NCBI GenBank assembly: GCA_030141605.1
Contig: JAQGDQ010000698.1
Span: 1 to 64,000, forward strand
Direction of reading: 5' to 3'
Origin: Tubiluchus corallicola
Taxonomy: Eukaryota > Animalia > Priapulida
Length of the DNA stretch: 64,000 nucleotides
Part shown: piece after piece, positions 56,041 to 64,000 of the stretch
Layout of the letters: each line of letters begins with the position of its first letter
Position numbering within the stretch: the stretch's first letter is position 1
Program-made: the position numbers and the translations under genes
The notes under the pieces: generated by a model
Told to the model about the DNA's origin: nothing
The model's database searches: none
What the model saw: only the letters and a program-made list of their open reading frames with translations

Positions 56041-56610
56041 ATGGATGAATTCTATGATATATTATTTAATATGGCAGAGGAAGACCTATGCGCATTCCTC
56101 AACGAACAATGGAACAACACAGCTGAATTTATAACGATGAACTATTCCAACCTACAAGAAGTATGCCAGAATCAAACACAAATAGACACCAGTCTCCCAG
56201 ACAGACCCATGGCTGCCATTATAATATACATGATCATGTTTGCCGTTGCGGCCACAGGAAATGTGACTGTGTTTAGTACGATAATACAGGGAAAGCTGTA
56301 CAAAAAATCACGCATCAACCTCTTGATGATGAACTTGGCCATAGCTGATCTGATGGTCACCTATATTTTGATCCCCTTGGAGGTGATCTGGAGGATCACC
56401 ATCACATGGAGGGCCGGCGATATCGCGTGTCGGATTATGATGATCTTGAGGATGATGGGATTGTATTTATCTTCGTTCATCTTGGTGTGCATCAGCCTCG
56501 ATCGGTACGTGGCTATCTGCCATCCATTTTCTAGCAGTTATTCTAAGCGCAGGGCGAAAATTATGCTGGTGGCAGCTTGGAGTCTAGCAGTTGTGTGTAG
56601 CATACCGCAG
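56041..56610 (+). CDS. First coding exon (N-terminus to TM4) of a GnRH-superfamily neuropeptide GPCR, AKH/ACP-receptor-like; later exons not found in the window
   Basis: 190 codons with N-glycosylation sequons, TM1 AATGN, TM2 NLAIADLMVT..IPLEVIWRIT, W.AGD.AC, TM3 GLYLSSFILVCISLDRY and TM4 AAWSLAVVCSIPQ. It ends at a phase-0 donor CAG|gtaagg after SIPQ, an intron position typical of GnRH/AKH receptors. Confidence 0.9.
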
Positions 56611-57121
56611 GTAAGGAACGATTTTAATACAGTCTTTCATTGAACAATCTTTTTAGCGAATAGGTTTTGAAATTGCTTGAAGAGTAAAACTACCATTAGA
56701 CTCATAAACGTAGAAGTATCAAAAAGATGAATGGGGCAGGAAAATCTGCGTCTATCTCAGAAATGAACCCATTGCGTTCTAATTAGCAGCTATGAGTACA
56801 AACTCTGGTAATCAGAAGGCAACAGTTCAGTTTTTGTTTAAAGAATATAATTTTTTAAACAGTAACAAAGTTCATTAATGAATTCATTATCTTTGAACTA
56901 TGACAACCTAATAATTTTGTTAAGATTTGTTGGTTCCGCGTATTATGAAGCAGGATTTTAGATGTTTATGCTTAGGGCAATGCACATAATCATTTCTCCT
57001 GGATGCTTATAGTTATTGGCATAGGAAATTTTATGTTTAATAGACATGCCTCGAAAAACACACTTAAGCAGATATAAACTCACTGACGAATATTAATTCG
57101 AATGAATTCGAGTAAGAATTC

Positions 57122-57225
<104 letters not shown>

Positions 57226-58683
57226 AGTATAGTGCAAGTATAGTACACATGAAAATCCTGCTAAATGTTGAGCACGAGTTGAATGTCACTGTTTTGTATT
57301 ATAATATTATCATAGAAGTGAATAGGCCAATTTTTTTAATAGAAAGAGTAAATTGTTTTCACAAAACTTATCACAAATCAGAGAAATTGATCTTTAGTGA
57401 AGGAGCCATCGCAAAACTTCTAAAATAAGCTTCGCACAAAAGACTCTAAAATATCAGTTACAGTGCCCTGGATGATTTTTGTTAAGTAACCATCTCTAAA
57501 GTGTTACATAATTCCTCTGACACGTGAACACATTCAGATAACAAATGTAAAGATATTTTTAATTGCTCACAGACTGCATAAACCGCTTGAAAACAAACCT
57601 GTACGATGAAGAAATCGTTTAAAGAGAAGCCATGACCAGTTGAGAACTCTTGAAGCAAATCATTTCTACCATTTACAGTTGCATATGTGTTAAATTTTCT
57701 GTGCCATATAACCTTTTTATATATATTTACGGTGTCGGTGTCCTTTCGCTGGGAATGTCAGCACTTAAACGATGATTAATGTTTATGCGTCGCTCATTAT
57801 TAACAATCCATAAGTATTCGTTTAGAACTCTTAAATAAGACTTTATAAAGTGATTGTGAGAAGCGGATAATTTGCCAATATATTCTTCATAATCTCAGAT
57901 TAATCACATAGAGATGATCGCTAGATAATACTTTAATAAAAAAATTGACATTTGTAGTCAGCTTTCAACTTCAGAAATTCTTATAGCACTTTACAATACT
58001 ACATGGTTTGAAAGCAGTACCCGCTCCAATTTTGATAACATCGAATAGTAAATCGCCAAAAAATTTATAACACAAAAGTTCTGAATATCATACGATTGAG
58101 GCCATCCGTAACTCTTTATGTCCCTAGCAAACAGTTTAGTATTTGATGTCACTTACGCCAGTCAGATTTTCTGAGTTCATTAGTATGACGATTAAAACCT
58201 AATTTTCCCCACACTATTCTATATACTCAACTTAATTTAATTTCAATTTTACCAATTTTTAATTAGGGCTATTACCGTTATTTACTATTAAAGGAAAGAA
58301 CAAATCACTCAGTATTATTTTGTTTATTTTACTGTTATCACTTATACTTAGAAGAATATAACAAAGAAATTTGCAAAAAACTTTCTATAAAGCATAAATC
58401 TAAAATGTATTACCTCTGAGTAGAAATTTATTTTTATTGCAATTTATTTTTAAACGCCATCTTCTGCACCAATTATGCAAATGAGTGCAGTACAGTTGGG
58501 TTGATTGATGACATTCTTGGAGACTATCGATAGACACACAAAAGGTTCCATATTTACAAATTTCGGCACGCGTGGAGCTTCATTCATTACCAAGCATTAC
58601 TGAGATAAAAATAAGGAACAACAAAAGCGAAAGAACAGGCAGACACTTATGATTGTCCCGTTTTGACACTATATATATATATA

Positions 58684-58853
58684 TTTCTTAGGTGTGATAA
58701 AAAAAAACTTTCAATTCGGCCATTTAGTATTAAAGTGAGAGAATATACGATACCGCTCATAAATATATATATATTTATGAGCGGTATCGTATATTCTCTC
58801 ACTTTAATACTAAATGGCCGAATTGAAAGTTTTTTTTTATCACACCTAAGAAA
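58684..58853. repeat. Perfect 170-bp palindrome with no spacer
   Basis: The 85-bp arms are exact reverse complements centred in a (TA)n tract at 58768/58769; a second (TA)n tract lies at 58670-58683. Confidence 0.95.
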
Positions 58854-59384
58854 CAATCTTTCATTCCAAACTGGTATAATTTTTACAGAAGCCCATTTGT
58901 CCATATGCTGTCAAAAGCTTTTTCTAAATCGCAAAAGATAGCGAGATCAGCATTTTTTCGCTTTTTTTCGTAGGAAAGGTATTTTCTAGCATTATACTTA
59001 CTAAACGATAAAGATGCTTATCAGTATAACAGTTAGGATGAGAGAAAGTGATCCAATACAGAGAATGAATGAGAATATCCATATAAGACAGAGAATGAGA
59101 TCCAATACAGCAAAGGGCAAACTCGAAATACCTTAGAGAAAACGTTTAAGCAGTTAATACAAACAAAAAGTTAACACAGTTAATTTTTAAGTAGAGAAGA
59201 ACTTCATTGTACCAGATCAACTTAATAAATATTATCTTCTTCTTGGAACAAAAATTTTAGTAACAAGTTACTTCGACATACATTTAAGCGAGAATTGGTT
59301 TCTTTCGTTCATTCTAGCTGAGCGCAGCAAACAAGAAGGAAGCAGTTAGTTACAAAAAGGCCCCCAAATCCCCACGTTGGTATT

Positions 59385-59520
59385 TTCTTTCTTTCCTTCC
59401 TTCTTTCTTTTCGTCCGTCCGCCGCTCTGTCTTTCTTTCTTTCTTTTGTTCGTTCGCTCGTTCGTTCTTTTATTCATTCTTTCTGTGCTTCTATCGCTCT
59501 TTCTGTCTTTTTTGCAGCTA
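59385..59520. repeat. Pyrimidine-rich degenerate tetranucleotide repeat (TTTC/TTCG/TCCG)
   Basis: Read directly from the sequence. Confidence 0.75.
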
Positions 59521-62292
59521 CTCTTAATAAATAGGCCTATAAGAAATGCTAAACGATTTGGCCTCATGCAAAATTTATATGTTATTTGCAGTTACGGTAG
59601 CGGTGCATGCAACGGATCCGCTATCAATTTTGCGCACAGTGATTTTGTTGCCTTGTTTCTGCGAAAAACGATGCATTGTGATCGAGAAATTTTTTGACCT
59701 CTAGCCATACAGCTTGATAACGTTCATTCAAGGAACAAAATACCCAGGCAATCTGCTTTTCAAATGATCAATCAGTTATAGGAATAAGTAAGCAGTAGCC
59801 TTGTATACTGTTTTGCATCTGCTGTCTAGTAAAGGAGTAAGCAACCGTAAGGGCTATACGAATGTTGGAAAATTTCAATTAATACCCAAATGATAATCGA
59901 TTTTTATCAATAATGGAAAATTCGCCTAAATGTTTAAGTTAAATATATTAAATAACAAGATGTCACTCCAGAATTGCGCGCGAAAATTAATTTGTAACAC
60001 ATTTTCCGTCCTTGCAGCGTTTAAAAATACATTTTAGTTTTACAAAATGAAATCAATGCGACAAAAAGCTGCTATTAACAAAAATGTTCAAATCTTAAAA
60101 GAAATATATGTGATTTCGGGAGGTTAACTTTAGGGGTTTTGGCAAAAGTTTGCCAAACCTGTCTTGTTTACCGTTAATCTACATTACACTGATATTGTAA
60201 TTCAAATGCAAAATTAAAATGGAAATATATTGTAAAACATGTTTACACGCGAATTTAACTGACTCGCTTGGTTTTTTAGTTGTTTGTTACCCGCCTCGTC
60301 GCTACATAATTGATACTAAGAAAACATGCTGCATATATATTATAACGAAACGACAGACCGTCAGCCAGTGCGTGCTCGGTATTTATCAAGATCCTTAACA
60401 TGCGAACTTTCGCAAGTTTTTGAAAAAAACGCTTGATAAATCAGTCCCAATTGAGAATTGCCTTACGAACTTAGGTGGGGGGGGGTGAATAAAGTTTGAC
60501 CCCAAATACACTGCAACAAAGTTTTACAGTTCGGCTAAGTTGTACATGTCTCCAGGTAGCCCATATCCAAAAATAGCGCAAACCAAATGTCCTTAATAAC
60601 ATAATTTCATAATGACAGCCGCTAATATTCCTGATCGAAATTGAATAAAATTCAATCATATTTTGCAGGAAATCAGATATAATAAAAAATCCCGTCCCAG
60701 GTCACTCAATGTTCACCTCTTCTGGGAGCTGCCAAGAACAACCATTAGATGTGGTTCTCGTCGCGATCCACAAGTGAATCCAATCTAAAGACAATTTTTG
60801 CACAAAATAAATGTAACTTCAGAGTACTGCTTTCGACGCCTATGATCCTGGAAAACAAGTTGTGATAATTAGTGTTATAAGTAAGTTACAAAGCGTGTGT
60901 TTTATAGAACATACGATTTAATATAAGCCAACAGGGGCACCGTTTGAACAAAATTTTGCATTAGTATAGTTACGTGTGTGGTGCAATCAAATGACATGTT
61001 ACACACAGAATTTTTATAAAGCAACAATGGAGTAACCTACTGGTATATTAACAAAGTAAATTTTGCAAGATTATGCCATTTATCTATAATAATTATTAAG
61101 TTATTACAGTAAAATTCCGAATTTACTGGAAAAACAGGTGTGAGTGGCTTCATTAAACGTGATGTTTTAGTAATTGGCCTTTGTATAAATGTTTGTGGTG
61201 TGCTAATGCATTGTGTTTTGTGCTAAGGTTGTCTCCCACCTCAGATTCACCCAATGATAGTGTAAGTCGAAAGTTGGTTGTTGATACAAGTTTATTTTAA
61301 AAACAGCCCTTGTTAACTTGATGATGAGTTGCTATAACAGGAAATAATTGTAGAATCATAAGAATAGCAAAAATGACAATCCAGATGTAACCCATTGATA
61401 ACAAATTACACACTTGATATTAACATTCGCTGTTATAACTCGGATCGTCAAAACTAATCTCCTAAGACAAGAGAAAACAACGTCTTCTCTCGTCAGAAGC
61501 GAAGCAGCAATCCTCATGAATTTTTAGGTTTTGCTCGCCAAAAAAACTTCGAAAAGCGTCTTTTGGGCCCCGTCTAACAAAGCGGTGCTTCGACCCGTAC
61601 TGTGCTGTTATAGTCTCACGTGGATGGAAGTGTCACGTTTAGCTAGTAAGTATATTAAGTGACGCAAAATTATTTTCACGTTTTAACCCTCAATTAGGAT
61701 CGATTGTGTATTACATTGATAATCAGCATAAAAGACGCTAGAATTTAATCTTTGCCAGGGTCGAGTTTAATCTGAGTTAACGTTCAGAGTTATCCTGCAG
61801 CTGACCAAAGATTTTTTTCTTACTTAATCCCTGGATTCACTTATTGGTATCGGCTATATAAGTTGATCAATAATAATAATTTGCGAACGCTTTGGTAATT
61901 AAGGTTATCAAAGTCTATGGGCGAACTCTATAATTTACAGATTATAATAACAAAGGTAAGACAACACAAAATTGCACACCAAAAACAAAAACCAGGCGCA
62001 TTTTGGTTTACATGAAGGAATTACGTGATTAGAAATACTAACAGAATGTTGTGCAGCACAAGCCAAAGTTATTCTGCTAGTGCAGTTTATAATAATTTAA
62101 CAACTGCAATATTTGCAATTAGGTGGTCCCATGTTTTGAAAACGACATATGCAGACGGCGCTCAAATGAACGTTATTAAAAATTCTCCACTTAGATAAAA
62201 ACCCACTTTTTATACTGTAATCTCCCACAAAATCTGCAAAAGTGATTTAAAATCGACATTATTATGATTGCAATAGTATGTCATGGTAAGGT

Positions 62293-62434
62293 AATAGTAG
62301 TAGTAGTAGTAGCAGTAGCAGTAGCAGTAGCAGTAGCAGTAGCAGTAGCAGTAGCAGTAGCAGTAGCAGTAGCAGTAGCAGCAGCAGCAGCAGCAGCAAC
62401 AGCTGCAGCAACAGCAGCAGCAGCAACAACAGCT

Positions 62435-62471
<37 letters not shown>

Positions 62472-62665
62472 GAGCAGTAGTAGCTTTAGCAGCAGCAGCA
62501 GCAGCAGTAGCAGCAGCAGCAGTAGCGGCAGCAGTAACAGCAGTAGCAATAGCAATAGTAATATTAGGAGTAGGGGTACTAGTTGTAATAATAACGGTAA
62601 TGGCAATGGTAACAGTAATAACAATACTAACATTAACAGAGTAACACTAACAGCAATAGTAGTAG
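62293..62665. repeat. Compound (TAG/CAG/CAA)n trinucleotide repeat
   Basis: Read directly from the sequence; it generates the spurious poly-Leu and poly-Ala ORFs. Confidence 0.9.
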
Positions 62666-63245
62666 GACCAGTAAGGCGCATTTCGCGGGGAGGACACGAG
62701 GCAAAATTCTTCAAAGAAAAAGTCCTCGCGAAAATGGAACACATTGCTTTCTATGGCGAATTTCACACTGACGAGGAATTTTCCTCGTGGATTTCCTCAT
62801 CAGGAATTCTGTCACCAGCTAGAATCTATGCACCCTCCTCACGAGGAAAATTGCCGCGTGGTAGAATTGCTGCATGTTCCATTTTCGTGAGGATTGCTCT
62901 AGGAATTTATACTAAAATTTATCAACTCAGTTGCTTCTTTCTTATTTAACGAACAACATTTAACATATTTCAGCACAAAATTATAAGATTTAATCTCTCT
63001 TTTAAATATACAGACGACTTTGTGTTTTATTAATGGAACAGTGATGGCTATATTCGTGAAAAAGAAAAATAACGCACGCATATATTTATTTTACATATGT
63101 ATATTTTCAGATTTCGAAGTGGTTGGCAGAACTTTACTAAAAAATAAATGGGTTTGACATTGCGTTAATAAATATTATTAATTGTGCTTTTTACATGAGA
63201 AATGCAGCAACTATAACTTGGTTTATACATGATCACATAGAAAAT
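62666..63245 (+). mobile_element. Interspersed MITE-like repeat, copy 2 (same family as 26532-27383)
   Basis: Colinear with 26580-27120, for example CATGTTCCATTTTCGTGAGGA, AAGATTTAATCTCTCTTT and GAACTTTACTAAAAAA. Confidence 0.75.
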
Positions 63246-64000
63246 CAAATCACAAAGATACAAAATGACACTGTCGCCCAGTGCTGTTTTCCGGTTTGTA
63301 AAATGCCAAAGGTTGTCCTTGTTCTCTTATAGGTTTAAGCTACTCAGTAAAAGGATCCAGCAAGATGGAGTTAATCGTTTACGTCTTCTGCTTTCCAGGT
63401 CTAAGTTGCATCTTGCCCCAACGAGTTTTTCCATTCCTATTGGCAGTACGTGTGTTAACAGTGTCATGTACGCGGACGTCATTAGTTTGTTAGTATGAAG
63501 CCTATAAAAAAGCGTAAATAAAGTACTTTATACTTTTGCCATCCACAAATGCAGAACAAAGACGGGTAAAGCACCAGAACGCAAAACTAGTTCTATAAAA
63601 ATGTTTGACTATGCGACATTTGAGTAGTTGATGATGTAATATTTCTTTGTGTCTGTTTTTCCCTGGCCATTATTCACTATATGAAAGTTTATTTTCAGCC
63701 TAAAAACTCATTTACACTTGTTATTGTGAATTGATACGTGCCGGCTTTGATCATGACGCTGTTTGCTTTTGCTTTATTGATTTCAATCTTTGTCTACCCA
63801 AATACTGAAATTAACTGAAGTGAAACTAACATAAAATAAAATGCCACTAGGCACTAACTTAAAACTTTAATAACAGTTGTGGTATCCCCAGTTTTACCCG
63901 TATTTTCCGCTTTACCAATGTGGTATGAGCTTTATTTGTTCTTCATGCTCTCTCCGCGTTTTTGGCGAATAGTAACTTCACCAAATCTCGTGTAATAACA

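Noticed and set aside
58647-58941. Near-identical ORFs on both strands
   Set aside because: They are a direct consequence of the palindrome.
62262-62744. Poly-Leu and poly-Ala/Val ORFs
   Set aside because: They are translations of the trinucleotide microsatellite, with no splice or homology support.

Overview
AT-rich, intron-rich eukaryotic DNA, most likely from a protostome invertebrate given the AKH/ACP-type receptor; the species cannot be determined. I built five gene models by hand from GT-AG splice sites and exon phases: (1) the last coding exon of a BK-channel beta-subunit (KCNMB)-like gene (+, 1252-1584); (2) an unrecognised 5-exon, 284-aa gene with KEN-box, D-box and CDK-site motifs (+, 8361-13824); (3) complete FARSB (-, 15 exons, 590 aa); (4) complete POLG (-, 23 coding exons, about 1148 aa, plus a candidate 21-nt microexon); (5) the first coding exon of a GnRH-superfamily (AKH/ACP-like) receptor (+, 56041-56610). 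Non-coding DNA holds several hAT-like MITEs with 8-bp TSDs, foldback elements (one with a nested centre), decayed CR1, RTE and Penelope retroelements, a 5S-derived SINE fragment, a perfect 170-bp palindrome and microsatellites. I found no prokaryotic-type system such as CRISPR. The most notable items are the orphan gene, the invertebrate KCNMB homologue, the shortened POLG fingers region with a microexon candidate, and a CpG-decay contrast between two copies of one repeat. All family calls come from remembered motifs, not database searches.
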